Sequence record: NC_061446.1
Length of the DNA: 64,000 nt
Reading direction: 5' to 3' (one strand)
The translations under genes were made by a program, and so were the position numbers. Every line of letters starts with the position of its first letter. Position 1 is the stretch's first letter. Positions 26,274 to 35,494 of the stretch are shown piece after piece. Under the pieces are notes generated by a model. That model was not told where the DNA came from. It worked only from the letters and a program-made list of their open reading frames with translations, and made no database searches.

Positions 26274-26451
26274 ACGTTACTGGCGCGAAGCCCTGATACT
26301 TGTCACGTTGCTTGTCATTGCTATCGCGCTTCCTTATTTCGAAGTACGCAGTCCTGCATTAACCATGCTGGTGACTGTTATTGTTGCTGCGTACTTCTTT
26401 GCTACTTGGGCATGTAAACCGCGTTACGGAGATAACAGTGAAAAAGAATGA
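26248..26451 (+). CDS. Small two-TM membrane protein (67 aa)
   Basis: ALILVTLLVIAIALPYF and LTMLVTVIVAAYFFATW. Confidence 0.6.
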   Translation: MKTTLSAIKRYWREALILVTLLVIAIALPYFEVRSPALTMLVTVIVAAYFFATWACKPRYGDNSEKE

Positions 26452-26989
26452 AGTGGTACTGAGTGCAAGCGAAGTCGCTGACGGCGTGGACAAAATCAAT
26501 CAGGCGCTGCTGGAGGTTGGTCTGCGTTGTAACATCGGTGATGTTGGGTACGAGCCGACATATACTGATGACCTCGGTGAAACACAGGGTGGTTGGTACG
26601 CGCAGTTTGATAAGAAGTCCCGCGACAAGCTGCGTCAATCAAAGCAGGTATCGTGGCACAACACGGGAATGATTGGCGGTGATACACTTGAGGAGATTCT
26701 CAAAGTGATTGCCTGTCTGAAATTCCGTAATCACAAGAAAGAACCGACTCTGGTTCAAGTTGAAAAGATAATGTACACGATGACTAAAGAAGGCGCCACA
26801 AAGAAAGCTCTTGAAGTCTACAACTCAGCCGCACCTTTGTCTGACGAAGACCTCAAGTTGTGTATTGATCACTTCCGCACACTGGAAGAGTTAATCAAAG
26901 TTGACCCGATGTTGAAGCTGGCGCAGCCTTATGTTGTAAACAACCTCTATCAACTCGAAAACTATCTACACGCTCGTAAGAGCAAGTAA
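26438..26989 (+). CDS. Hypothetical protein (183 aa)
   Basis: GGAG RBS, GTG start at 26438. Confidence 0.7.
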   Translation: MKKNEVVLSASEVADGVDKINQALLEVGLRCNIGDVGYEPTYTDDLGETQGGWYAQFDKKSRDKLRQSKQVSWHNTGMIGGDTLEEILKVIACLKFRNHKKEPTLVQVEKIMYTMTKEGATKKALEVYNSAAPLSDEDLKLCIDHFRTLEELIKVDPMLKLAQPYVVNNLYQLENYLHARKSK

Positions 26990-26996
26990 TAATCAT

Positions 26997-27024
26997 GGGA
27001 GGCCCTTAGCGGGGTTTCCCTTTT
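26997..27024 (+). terminator. Rho-independent terminator
   Basis: GGGAGGCCC-TTAGCG-GGGTTTCCC then TTTT. Confidence 0.65.
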
Positions 27025-27046
27025 GTCATTTCTGGAGCATTTTCGC

Positions 27047-28027
27047 ATGAGATTCGGATTCGCCTGCAAGCTGATTGACGCAAACGGCAAACAGCCTTAC
27101 CCAAACAAAAGCATTAGCTACGCCCACTTCTCTAAACTTGACCTCGACGCACAACGTCAACGCCTGCGTGAGATAGTCACGGTCAACCTGACCTCGCTTT
27201 ACGATATGATCGCACACGTTGCAATGTTGCGTACTGACATGCGCATGTTCCGTATCACAAGCGAATTACTCCCGCTCTACACTCACCCGAAGGTATCTCA
27301 CCTGTACGATGAACTTGAACTCGCCTCGTACATTGAACACTGGCTGTGGAAGTGCGGTAGCCTTGCTCGTAACTCTGGCGTTCGTCTTTCGTTTCACCCA
27401 GGCCAGTTCACGGTACTTGCATCTGATCGTCCTGATGTTGTTGTCAACTCGATACGCGAACTTGAGTACCACGCCTACTGTGCCTATCACATGGGTTACG
27501 GTCGTCGCTTTCAGGACTTCAAGATCAACATTCACCTCAGCGGTAGACTCGGAGCGAAAGGCTTCCGTGCTGCTCACTCAAAACTTTCTGACCATTGCCG
27601 TAAGATGCTCACAGTGGAGAACGACGAGATCACTTCGAGCGTAGAAGATTGCTTGGAGCTGGCGGACCTATGTCCGATTGTACTCGACATTCACCATCAC
27701 TGGGTAATGACAAACGAATACATTCAACCAGACGATGATCGTGTTCAACGTGTCATTGAGTCTTGGCGCGGCATTACTCCCGTTGCTCACTACTCAGTTT
27801 CAAAGCCAGAGTTCGTGCCGTCTCGTGGTCTGCCTGATCAAAACAAGCTGACTGCTAATCGTATGCAGTTACGCGCCCACGCAGATTACTATCACAACGA
27901 AGACGTGAACGACTGGGCCCTCAGTTTCTCTGAATTTGACCTGATGTGCGAGTCAAAAGCGAAGAATAGAGCGCGAATGAAATTGGCATGTTTTACGCTC
28001 AACTCAGCAAATAACTGGACAAAATAA
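27047..28027 (+). CDS. uvsE: UV DNA damage endonuclease (UvsE/UVDE family)
   Basis: RFGFACK, MFRITSELLP, RLSFHPGQF, KINIHLSG, TVENDE, VLDIHHHW, HYS, AHADY, MCESKAK. Confidence 0.93.
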   Translation: MRFGFACKLIDANGKQPYPNKSISYAHFSKLDLDAQRQRLREIVTVNLTSLYDMIAHVAMLRTDMRMFRITSELLPLYTHPKVSHLYDELELASYIEHWLWKCGSLARNSGVRLSFHPGQFTVLASDRPDVVVNSIRELEYHAYCAYHMGYGRRFQDFKINIHLSGRLGAKGFRAAHSKLSDHCRKMLTVENDEITSSVEDCLELADLCPIVLDIHHHWVMTNEYIQPDDDRVQRVIESWRGITPVAHYSVSKPEFVPSRGLPDQNKLTANRMQLRAHADYYHNEDVNDWALSFSEFDLMCESKAKNRARMKLACFTLNSANNWTK

Positions 28028-28060
28028 GGCTTGTTTTCGAAGGTTGCCCTATGATACACT
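28007..28060 (+). promoter_or_regulatory. Phage promoter copy 5
   Basis: GCAAATAACTGGACAAAA - 30 bp - (TGa)TACACT. Confidence 0.75.
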
Positions 28061-28116
28061 GTTTATGAGCGCTATCGCTCGTTTTTCTCATATAAGAAGA
28101 CAGAGGAAATAAGACA

Positions 28117-28419
28117 ATGTTCAATACGACAACTATCGCAACGAAAGCAAGCATTGCACCGACCGTTAAACACTCTTTTGGCATCGAGGGTATCGCACCT
28201 ACAAATCGTATCTCCTGTGTTTGGCCTGGCGCTCTGGAAGTTCCGTTGCACATTAAACGTTGGTGCCGTGCCAACGAAATCATGAATGACCTTGACGCTT
28301 ACATGCGTGTTCGCTTTAAAGGTCGTCGCGCGGATATTCTGAATTTGGTTGCTGTTCATCTGGCACCAAATAACCCTGAACTTGCGGTTCGCATTCTCGC
28401 AACTATCACTGAGGCCTAA
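28117..28419 (+). CDS. Hypothetical protein (100 aa)
   Basis: GAGGA RBS. Confidence 0.7.
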   Translation: MFNTTTIATKASIAPTVKHSFGIEGIAPTNRISCVWPGALEVPLHIKRWCRANEIMNDLDAYMRVRFKGRRADILNLVAVHLAPNNPELAVRILATITEA

Positions 28420-28420
28420 A

Positions 28421-28684
28421 ATGAAAGTCCAACCACTGGAAGCTATGTACGGTGCTACGAACACCAATACTCCGCTAATAGAAAAGCGCGGCTTCCGTCC
28501 TGTCGAATCAAAATATGTCGATGGCACGGAGGTTAGATTACAACGGCTATCACACGATGTACATGAACGTGTGGTTGTTGGTTACGATCAATTTGGTCGT
28601 GCTGTGTATGGAACACGGACACCGCAATCAACGTTCGAAGTGCGTGACAGCAAGGAAAGCGAACCGAATAAAACGGCGCCCTAG
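28421..28684 (+). CDS. Hypothetical protein (87 aa)
   Basis: GAGG RBS before ATG 28421. Confidence 0.65.
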   Translation: MKVQPLEAMYGATNTNTPLIEKRGFRPVESKYVDGTEVRLQRLSHDVHERVVVGYDQFGRAVYGTRTPQSTFEVRDSKESEPNKTAP

Positions 28685-28759
28685 CAAGCTCACAACCAGA
28701 AGCCATAGAATAACCCAAACTATAAATTCATGCGCTGACCTATCGTGGGGTGTCTTAAA

Positions 28760-29137
28760 ATGATCGTCATTTGTAATAGTTCAAAACAGTTTTGTGCGGA
28801 TCGCCTAGCACACGGGGATGCTTTTGTTTTTGGGAAGACGCGCATGTTACTACGCGCTGACTTCATCGTCCTGACCGACAAGAACAATAGCTTCTATGTA
28901 GTACGCAAATCTGATGTTGTTTGGTCGCCTGAGCTTACAGGTGCTACGCATGTGATTAAAATCCGGGCGTATGCCCAGATTAAGCCGTTCGAACTCAACG
29001 CAGCATGTCCACAATTCAATAGCCGCGTATTCGGAACAATCGCGTTCCGTAATCCGCACTTTGAGCATAGACTCTCGGGTCTTAAATATGTAGAGACAAA
29101 CTTCGGAGGTTTACATGGCACGGTATCATGTGTTTAG
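28760..29137 (+). CDS. Hypothetical protein (125 aa)
   Basis: GGGG RBS before ATG 28760. Confidence 0.55.
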   Translation: MIVICNSSKQFCADRLAHGDAFVFGKTRMLLRADFIVLTDKNNSFYVVRKSDVVWSPELTGATHVIKIRAYAQIKPFELNAACPQFNSRVFGTIAFRNPHFEHRLSGLKYVETNFGGLHGTVSCV

Positions 29138-29366
29138 TGCGACCCATAAGTATTACGGCGAAGCATATGAAGGTACGTGGCTGAAAGAGATCGCTCTCAA
29201 CGGCCAACAAGTTACCATCGCTGAGTTTCCAAACTTCAACGCTGCCAAAGAGTGCGCTGACAAGCTGCATGAGGTTTGCGATATAGGGTGGATCGTCTAC
29301 AACGCTTTTTCCGAAAGAGCGATGTACGACACCCGTACAGAGCAAGGCGAGTCTGTAAATACATAG
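29115..29366 (+). CDS. Hypothetical protein (83 aa)
   Basis: GGAGG RBS. Confidence 0.7.
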   Translation: MARYHVFSATHKYYGEAYEGTWLKEIALNGQQVTIAEFPNFNAAKECADKLHEVCDIGWIVYNAFSERAMYDTRTEQGESVNT

Positions 29367-29438
29367 CAGCCTCGCCTGCACCTTTTCTTACCGTGAGGCT
29401 TACGGGCTTCACATAAATTCATATCAATGAGGTTCAAA

Positions 29439-29951
29439 ATGAAATTCACTTCAATCGCTATCGCACTGGTTCTGGCTGCTTCTTCCGCTAACGCTGCAAA
29501 CTACAAGGCACCAGCTCCGGCCGCAGGTATGCAGTCGTCTGGCATGACTATTTCTGATCAGCTGGATGATAGCTGCCTGAGTAAACTCGCTGCTGCGAGT
29601 GACCTGCGCGATGCTGTTGTTGACTTCGCTGTGTCGCGTGATGCTATCGACACTGTTGCACTTTGGCCTCTGGTCTGTTCGCCGACTGTTGAAGCCAAGT
29701 CTATCGACGTTGAGCGTATGGGCTCCGACCTGACGATCACTTACGTTAACAAAGACGCGTCCGTTCCTAAACTCACGTTGGTTCTGCAACGCGTCCGCTC
29801 CGAGAACGAAGACGATGCTCCTGCATATCAGATCGTTCAGGTTGGTGATATGAATGCTATGGGCTACGAAGAACAGTCTGCTGTTAAAGACTGGCTGCTC
29901 GAATGCTACGCGCTCACCGTTCAAGATAGTATGGCGGTGGTGCTGAACTGA
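29439..29951 (+). CDS. Exported (Sec signal peptide) hypothetical protein (170 aa)
   Basis: MKFTSIAIALVLAASSANA-A signal peptide; GAGG RBS. Confidence 0.8.
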   Translation: MKFTSIAIALVLAASSANAANYKAPAPAAGMQSSGMTISDQLDDSCLSKLAAASDLRDAVVDFAVSRDAIDTVALWPLVCSPTVEAKSIDVERMGSDLTITYVNKDASVPKLTLVLQRVRSENEDDAPAYQIVQVGDMNAMGYEEQSAVKDWLLECYALTVQDSMAVVLN

Positions 29952-30256
29952 TGAAAGGAAAGAAGTTAGACATATTCCTGCAACAACGCACGGCAATAAA
30001 CAAGGTTGCATCCAGTCCACAAGACTGGGAGACCTATAAAGAAATGCTGCTGAACATAAGGCTCGCCGTTGCCGTTGACCCACGACCTGATGCTGCTGTA
30101 CGTCACTTGGCTCGTACATGGCATGCAGAAAAGAAATATGCGCTCCCTGTCTGTCAGGCTACGCTTCTGAAACTTATGACGTTGAAGAAAGCGAACCAAA
30201 CGCTTGAAGAAATGATCGCGTTATACATTGACCTTGAGGAAGGAACTCAGAAATGA
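29951..30256 (+). CDS. Hypothetical protein (101 aa)
   Basis: TGATG coupling. Confidence 0.7.
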   Translation: MKGKKLDIFLQQRTAINKVASSPQDWETYKEMLLNIRLAVAVDPRPDAAVRHLARTWHAEKKYALPVCQATLLKLMTLKKANQTLEEMIALYIDLEEGTQK

Positions 30257-31437
30257 CCGAAAAGAATGAACAACTGGCCGATGCCGTGCGTCGTCTGTTT
30301 AACTCAGGTAGCGTTGAAGTGCGTGATGCGTTACGCGCAGTAGCAAACACCGTGCTCGCTAAAGACGTTGCTCTGCCTTATGAAGGTGACGAGCCGTCTG
30401 TAGAGACAACGTATCGTCTGCTGGAAGGTATTCACTTCTCCGGTGACGGTAAAACGCTTCTGCCGTCAGATGAAATCTACGCGCTGGATAAACTGCTGTC
30501 GAAGAAGTGGCGCGATACGTTCTTCTCCGCCGTGTCGAACATGGCTCTGACTATGCACTGCACCGACCCGCGCACCGCAGACAAAGGCTACTGGCCACCG
30601 AATAACAGTTCCTGCTGTGAGCTGGTTACTCGCGCATTCATCTGGTGTGTAGCGCAATACGGTCTGGAGAATCTTCTCGAAAAAGACACCTCAGTTGTTA
30701 GTCACACGCGCCTGCCTCAGTTCATCATCGCATTGCAGACCGAAGGCAAAGACGAAGGCTATGCGCGTCACTTTAGTCTGTATCATCCTCATAACGATAC
30801 AGGCAATATCGACACAACCAACTATTGGCCGGACGAGTACAAAGCCCAGCAGGAAGAAAAACGCATCGCAAGTCGTCCTGCTGAATACGAGTCCGTTCGC
30901 TATATGGGATTCGACGAACTGGCCGACCTGTGTACTCGTCTGAATCTCATTGGACCAAACTCCAAAGTTCGCTGTGATTGCGATGAAGACGAAGAGGAGA
31001 TCGATTGCGATTGCCAGCCTATGATGGTGGAAGACTTCGATAAGGACCTCGACGAGCTGCAACAAGTCTTCTATGAAAAGTACGGTGACCCGGACGACGA
31101 CATTGAAGAAGATGAAAGCGACTGGATTACTGGTGTGTCGGTTATGGAAGTCACTGTCGATCTTCCTGTTGTGCGTCTGCCTGAGCCTGCGCGAAACAAT
31201 CGCTCGCATCTGCCTCGTCGTGGTCAGAAGAAAGCACTGCCCAAGTCAGTATCACGCAAAGTCACACTGACTCACGATCAGCAAATCTGGCATGAGCTGG
31301 ACAGCAAACAAGAGTTCGGTGATCGCCGCTTCGCTATCACTCTCGTATCTCGCCACACGTGCGGTGTTGATCGAGCTATCGCTACTAACCGCGAAGCGCT
31401 GGCAGTCGCGTACACTCTTATCAACATCGACAAATAA
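30253..31437 (+). CDS. Hypothetical multi-segment protein (394 aa)
   Basis: AAGGA RBS, ATGA overlap. Confidence 0.8.
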   Translation: MTEKNEQLADAVRRLFNSGSVEVRDALRAVANTVLAKDVALPYEGDEPSVETTYRLLEGIHFSGDGKTLLPSDEIYALDKLLSKKWRDTFFSAVSNMALTMHCTDPRTADKGYWPPNNSSCCELVTRAFIWCVAQYGLENLLEKDTSVVSHTRLPQFIIALQTEGKDEGYARHFSLYHPHNDTGNIDTTNYWPDEYKAQQEEKRIASRPAEYESVRYMGFDELADLCTRLNLIGPNSKVRCDCDEDEEEIDCDCQPMMVEDFDKDLDELQQVFYEKYGDPDDDIEEDESDWITGVSVMEVTVDLPVVRLPEPARNNRSHLPRRGQKKALPKSVSRKVTLTHDQQIWHELDSKQEFGDRRFAITLVSRHTCGVDRAIATNREALAVAYTLINIDK

Positions 31438-31482
31438 CTGGTCAAAATAGCGCTTCTTCGCGGGGCGCTTTTCTGCTATAAT
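31430..31482 (+). promoter_or_regulatory. Phage promoter copy 6
   Basis: ACAAATAACTGGTCAAAA - 29 bp - (TGc)TATAAT. Confidence 0.8.
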
Positions 31483-31588
31483 AGCAGCTAGAGCAACATC
31501 GCTCTCAACGTCACTTTTAACTATACGTTTATAACGGGAATTGTCATTTATGTCACGCACTATTTCACGCAAGAAAGCAGTAAGCCTT

Positions 31589-31852
31589 ATGTCCACAACT
31601 TACAACGCAAAACATCCTGAGTATCTTCCGCGCCTGCTGGCCGAAGATATGGACTCGACTCACCTGTTCGAGTTTCGTGAGATGGTCGTTGCTAAGATTC
31701 AGGCTGGCGAAGACCCGACTAAAGTTGTCGATGATATGATCGACACGGCGATTCGCGTTACTCAGGTTCGTCGTCGCACCAGCAACGATTACAACCCGAA
31801 GATTGCCGACGTGCTTACTGATGAACTGCGTGATATGCTCCGTAAACTCTAA
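31589..31852 (+). CDS. Hypothetical protein (87 aa; start uncertain)
   Basis: ORF downstream of promoter copy 6. Confidence 0.65.
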   Translation: MSTTYNAKHPEYLPRLLAEDMDSTHLFEFREMVVAKIQAGEDPTKVVDDMIDTAIRVTQVRRRTSNDYNPKIADVLTDELRDMLRKL

Positions 31853-31860
31853 GGATAAAA

Positions 31861-32415
31861 ATGAAAAGCTACGGTTACTTTTATATTCTGAATCACATCG
31901 CTATGGCCGTAGATGCACCCAACAAGGAAGTTGGGTTTAAAGCTCTGGTAGAACTGGACATGTTCAATCGCGCATCTATTCTGACTCGCCCTGACGCTAA
32001 CCCGCGCGCTGCAAAGATTGTGCGTGATCTGACCGAGGCGCTTTATCCCTCTGCAACGGATATTCATCCGACTGTCGCGCAACGCATGATGCTGGTGCAA
32101 GCGCTGCACGATCAAGAACTCGAATCTATCGTTGGCAGTATTCGTTTCTTTGTGCCTTTCGCATATACGAAAGAACAACTGACTGACCAGTTCGGTTTCT
32201 TTGATAACGGTGACGGCTTGAATGTGCCGTACTTCTTGCGTCATCTGTTCATGGAAGATCAAGCAGTCTTCCTTGACGGCAAGCTGACCAGCTTCGCTAA
32301 TTCGTGTATTCACGGAGAAGTGTCGCAAACTGCTCGGCAGTATGGTCTGCTTCCTGCTCAGGCTTACGGCAAGAACGATATTCCTGAGCGCTTCAAACAT
32401 CTGCCTCTGTTTTAG
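31861..32415 (+). CDS. Hypothetical protein (184 aa)
   Basis: AAGGA RBS. Confidence 0.75.
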   Translation: MKSYGYFYILNHIAMAVDAPNKEVGFKALVELDMFNRASILTRPDANPRAAKIVRDLTEALYPSATDIHPTVAQRMMLVQALHDQELESIVGSIRFFVPFAYTKEQLTDQFGFFDNGDGLNVPYFLRHLFMEDQAVFLDGKLTSFANSCIHGEVSQTARQYGLLPAQAYGKNDIPERFKHLPLF

Positions 32416-32424
32416 GAGACACCC

Positions 32425-32883
32425 ATGGGAGTTGTTAAAGGCATAACCGCCACCACGTTCCCTTCTCGTGGACGTGACGAGGGCCAGAAGATTGCTCTCA
32501 AGTGTCGCTGGGGAATCTACCCAGCAACTGTCGTTCGTCAAGACAACGATCAGCCGTATAACGAAATCTGGAAGATCGATGCAAAGAATCTTCCACGTCG
32601 TTACTTCTCAACGACTGACGACCTGTTCGTGTCTCGACACTTCCTCGATAACTTCGCAAAGCACTCGCCTATCTGTCCGAAGGGCGAGTACGAAGACCAA
32701 TTCGTCGATGTTGTGTTTGACCGCGACACGGAGAATAAATGCGAAGGCGTTGTTATGACGCATCGTGATTTGCTTGTAGTGATTCTGATTACTACAGGCC
32801 CTCACGCAGGCCGCTACGTCACTGACAAAGAGTGTCAGTACGCGCCGAAGCCTCGCAAAGTAAAAGAACTAATCGACAATTAA
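32425..32883 (+). CDS. Hypothetical protein with two SH3-like beta-barrel repeats (152 aa)
   Basis: FP..G...G...VVR.D..P...I.KID...RYF and P.G...VDVVFD.D...GVV...VVILI...GRYVTDKECQY; AGGAG RBS. Confidence 0.7.
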   Translation: MGVVKGITATTFPSRGRDEGQKIALKCRWGIYPATVVRQDNDQPYNEIWKIDAKNLPRRYFSTTDDLFVSRHFLDNFAKHSPICPKGEYEDQFVDVVFDRDTENKCEGVVMTHRDLLVVILITTGPHAGRYVTDKECQYAPKPRKVKELIDN

Positions 32884-32893
32884 GGATATAAGA

Positions 32894-33430
32894 ATGCAAT
32901 TCAAAGTAATGCCTGACCTCAATCGCTTCCCTGAATTTAAAATGCCAGAGCGCGCCTCTGGGCAGGCTGCCGGTGTTGACCTGTTCGCTCAGGAAGACAT
33001 GATCATTACTGAACAGACAACTCTGTTTGAGCTGGGATTCAAAGCTGCTGTGCCTGAAGGTTACGTGGGCATCATCTTCCCTCGCAGCGGTCTGGGTGCT
33101 AAGTTCAACTGTGAACTGTCTAACACTCTGGGCGTCATTGATAGCGACTATCGCGGTCAGTGGATGGCTGCTCTGCATCTCGGCGGTAAAGGTACGAAAG
33201 GCAACGCACTCGAAGATGTGCGCACTATTCTGCGTGGTGTTGCGCCCGCTGTTGCTTCTCTCGTCGAAGGTCCCGATACACAACTCGGTCTGCTGATCAA
33301 ACGCGGAGAAGCGTATGCTCAGGTGTTGTTCTTTGAAGTGCCTTTGATGGAAATCGCACAGGTAGATTCATTGGACGACACTGAACGTGGTGAGGGTGGC
33401 TTCGGTTCAACCACACCTGCTCGTGGCTAA
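32894..33430 (+). CDS. dut: Trimeric dUTPase with an insertion (178 aa)
   Basis: AAGVDL, PRSGLG, GVIDSDYRG, AQVLF, RGEGGFGST (motifs I-V). Confidence 0.95.
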   Translation: MQFKVMPDLNRFPEFKMPERASGQAAGVDLFAQEDMIITEQTTLFELGFKAAVPEGYVGIIFPRSGLGAKFNCELSNTLGVIDSDYRGQWMAALHLGGKGTKGNALEDVRTILRGVAPAVASLVEGPDTQLGLLIKRGEAYAQVLFFEVPLMEIAQVDSLDDTERGEGGFGSTTPARG

Positions 33431-33638
33431 TCTGCTGTACGTGCTAATCGCCTACTATCTGGTGGGCGTTATTCAGTTCTTTCGTGAACTGCGTTCCATT
33501 CCAAACGACGATCCCGTAGTCACTCAGTTTAATCGCAGTATGGATAATGAGTCCAACCTGCAGGTACTTTGGATAGGGATCAAACTCGCTGTTACTGTGA
33601 TATTCATTCACATTCCGTGCTGGATATTTCGTATATAG
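33423..33638 (+). CDS. Putative small two-TM membrane protein (~71 aa)
   Basis: LLYVLIAYYLVGVIQFF and LWIGIKLAVTVIFIHIPCWIF; weak RBS, start uncertain. Confidence 0.5.
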   Translation: MANLLYVLIAYYLVGVIQFFRELRSIPNDDPVVTQFNRSMDNESNLQVLWIGIKLAVTVIFIHIPCWIFRI

Positions 33639-33653
33639 TGATGCTACTCACAC

Positions 33654-33676
33654 GAGGAGCCTTACGTGGGCTCCTC
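33654..33676 (+). terminator. Stem-loop, possible terminator
   Basis: GAGGAGCC-TTACGT-G-GGCTCCTC, weak U-tail. Confidence 0.5.
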
Positions 33677-33696
33677 ATTATCGTAATATAAACACT

Positions 33697-34011
33697 ATGG
33701 CAAAGAAAACTTATCTGCTACCTCGTGAGCGACCAAGCCCGCTGCCTAACTTACGAGCCTATCTCGCGTTCCTCGCTAGGAAGCCTAATGCTAATCGCGC
33801 AGTATTAGAATCGTATTGCAAAGCAAGTCTGGCCCAAATGGCTCGCAGCCGTTTCTTTGTAGGTAAGCTCTTTGGCTACAAAGTGTATACGAAATCGAAC
33901 AAGCTCGCATACACGGTTGTGTGGATTGACCCCTACAACTATGACTGTCTTGTTCTGAACCATCAAAGGAGAGAAGTAGAGTTCAAAAACCTTTACGGCC
34001 TGCTTTTATAG
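33697..34011 (+). CDS. Hypothetical protein (104 aa)
   Basis: ORF; weak RBS. Confidence 0.6.
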   Translation: MAKKTYLLPRERPSPLPNLRAYLAFLARKPNANRAVLESYCKASLAQMARSRFFVGKLFGYKVYTKSNKLAYTVVWIDPYNYDCLVLNHQRREVEFKNLYGLLL

Positions 34012-34049
34012 TTAGGTCCTAGCGCCTTCACACTAGGGGAAAACTTCCG

Positions 34050-34727
34050 ATGATAACTGTTCTTAACAATCGTACCGACGAGGTAATTAAACGCCTGAAC
34101 GTAGCAGTATGGGCTTGTGTGGCCGTTATGTTTGCTGTGTATATCGCAGTAACGAGCAACGCAAACGCCAGTATGTCTACAGGCCCTGACAACGCCATTG
34201 ATATGTCTTCCGCCGTGTCACTTGATCCCTCCAATCGAGTGGCTACTAAATATAAGGAGATAGAAAAGGCAGTAGCAGTAAAAGACGAACGAAGGCCCAA
34301 ACGTTATGTAACGAGAGAGCGCCTCCGGCAACTCTATGCTCACTTGCCCCATCCGTCTGACTTAGGCAAGCAGATTGATTTGGCCGCAGAGAAGTACAAC
34401 GTAGATGCAAAACTGCTTCTATCAATCTGCGTGTCCGAGTCGCATCTCCGTGCAAAGGTCAGGAACAAGTCTGGAGCTACAGGTCTGTGTCAAATCATGC
34501 CTGATATGCACGGACGTTCTACACGGGAACTCATGGACTACCGAATCAATGTTGATCAGGCAGCCCAGATTGTTGCGTTACTAAACAAGCAGTGTAAAGG
34601 CAAACGCGCTTGCGTCATTCAAAGCTACAACACTGGTTGGGGAGCATATTTGAGAGGGGTACGTGCCCCACAATATTTAGCGAAAGTCCAGACTGAGTAT
34701 CGCCGCAAGCATACTCCTTCTTCCTAA
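34050..34727 (+). CDS. SLT-family lytic transglycosylase with N-terminal signal/anchor (225 aa)
   Basis: ICVSESH (catalytic Glu), SGATGLCQIMP, NVDQAAQIV, SYNTGWG, YLAKV; hydrophobic VAVWACVAVMFAVYIAVTSNANA. Confidence 0.88.
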   Translation: MITVLNNRTDEVIKRLNVAVWACVAVMFAVYIAVTSNANASMSTGPDNAIDMSSAVSLDPSNRVATKYKEIEKAVAVKDERRPKRYVTRERLRQLYAHLPHPSDLGKQIDLAAEKYNVDAKLLLSICVSESHLRAKVRNKSGATGLCQIMPDMHGRSTRELMDYRINVDQAAQIVALLNKQCKGKRACVIQSYNTGWGAYLRGVRAPQYLAKVQTEYRRKHTPSS

Positions 34728-34741
34728 TAGAGGATATAATA

Positions 34742-35428
34742 ATGAACATCAATATCACCGCGCTGTACAAAATGCAATTCCAGTTGCTGAAACCTTTATC
34801 GCCTCGTCAGGAGTATGCGCTCGTTGTCCTGCTCTGCGAGAACATCAATGAAGGTGATGTGGCTGCACTGGCAGAAGTAATCGTTCGTGACTATCCGCAT
34901 GTAGCGCGTCTGTATGATGCGTTCGCTGCCGCCAACCAGTACGACAACGCCGTGCCGTTTATCGTTCCTGTGTTGAACTCGGAAGAAGTTACCGAAGAGA
35001 TCTTCTGCATTCGTGATCATGCGCTTGTCGTTGCACCTGACCTGCGCGAATCTCTGTGTCAGGCTCTGACTCGCGTTGTGTTGATGCGCGAAACGCCTGA
35101 TGAATTGCTCATGCGCGAAGGCGCCGAAGTGATTCTGGTTACAGATGCTATACCGTATCTGCTTGGCCAGTTCATGGATTGTATGCTCGATGCGTACAAT
35201 TGCGGCGTGCTGCCTATGGTTGTTCGTCCTACGAAAGACCAGCAGGCCATGCGTGATGATCGTCTGTTGTCGTTTGAAATGTTACGCGACAATAACATGT
35301 TCTCTGGAAGTCTGGACTTCACTAAAGCTCTACAGCCGAGCGAGAAAGCGAAAGCAATTGCTGCCCAGCTTATCTCTCGACTGCGTACTGTCAAGCCAGC
35401 ACGTGGCTTCGACGCGGTAACACAATAA
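34742..35428 (+). CDS. Hypothetical protein (228 aa)
   Basis: GAGGA RBS. Confidence 0.8.
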   Translation: MNINITALYKMQFQLLKPLSPRQEYALVVLLCENINEGDVAALAEVIVRDYPHVARLYDAFAAANQYDNAVPFIVPVLNSEEVTEEIFCIRDHALVVAPDLRESLCQALTRVVLMRETPDELLMREGAEVILVTDAIPYLLGQFMDCMLDAYNCGVLPMVVRPTKDQQAMRDDRLLSFEMLRDNNMFSGSLDFTKALQPSEKAKAIAAQLISRLRTVKPARGFDAVTQ

Positions 35429-35432
35429 ATCC

Positions 35433-35463
35433 AACGGGAGACCTTAACTGGTTTCCCGTTTTT
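35433..35463 (+). terminator. Rho-independent terminator
   Basis: AACGGGAGACC-TTAACT-GGTTTCCCGTT then TTT. Confidence 0.8.
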
Positions 35464-35494
35464 CATTTCTGCGCAAATTTTTGAGACTACGACA

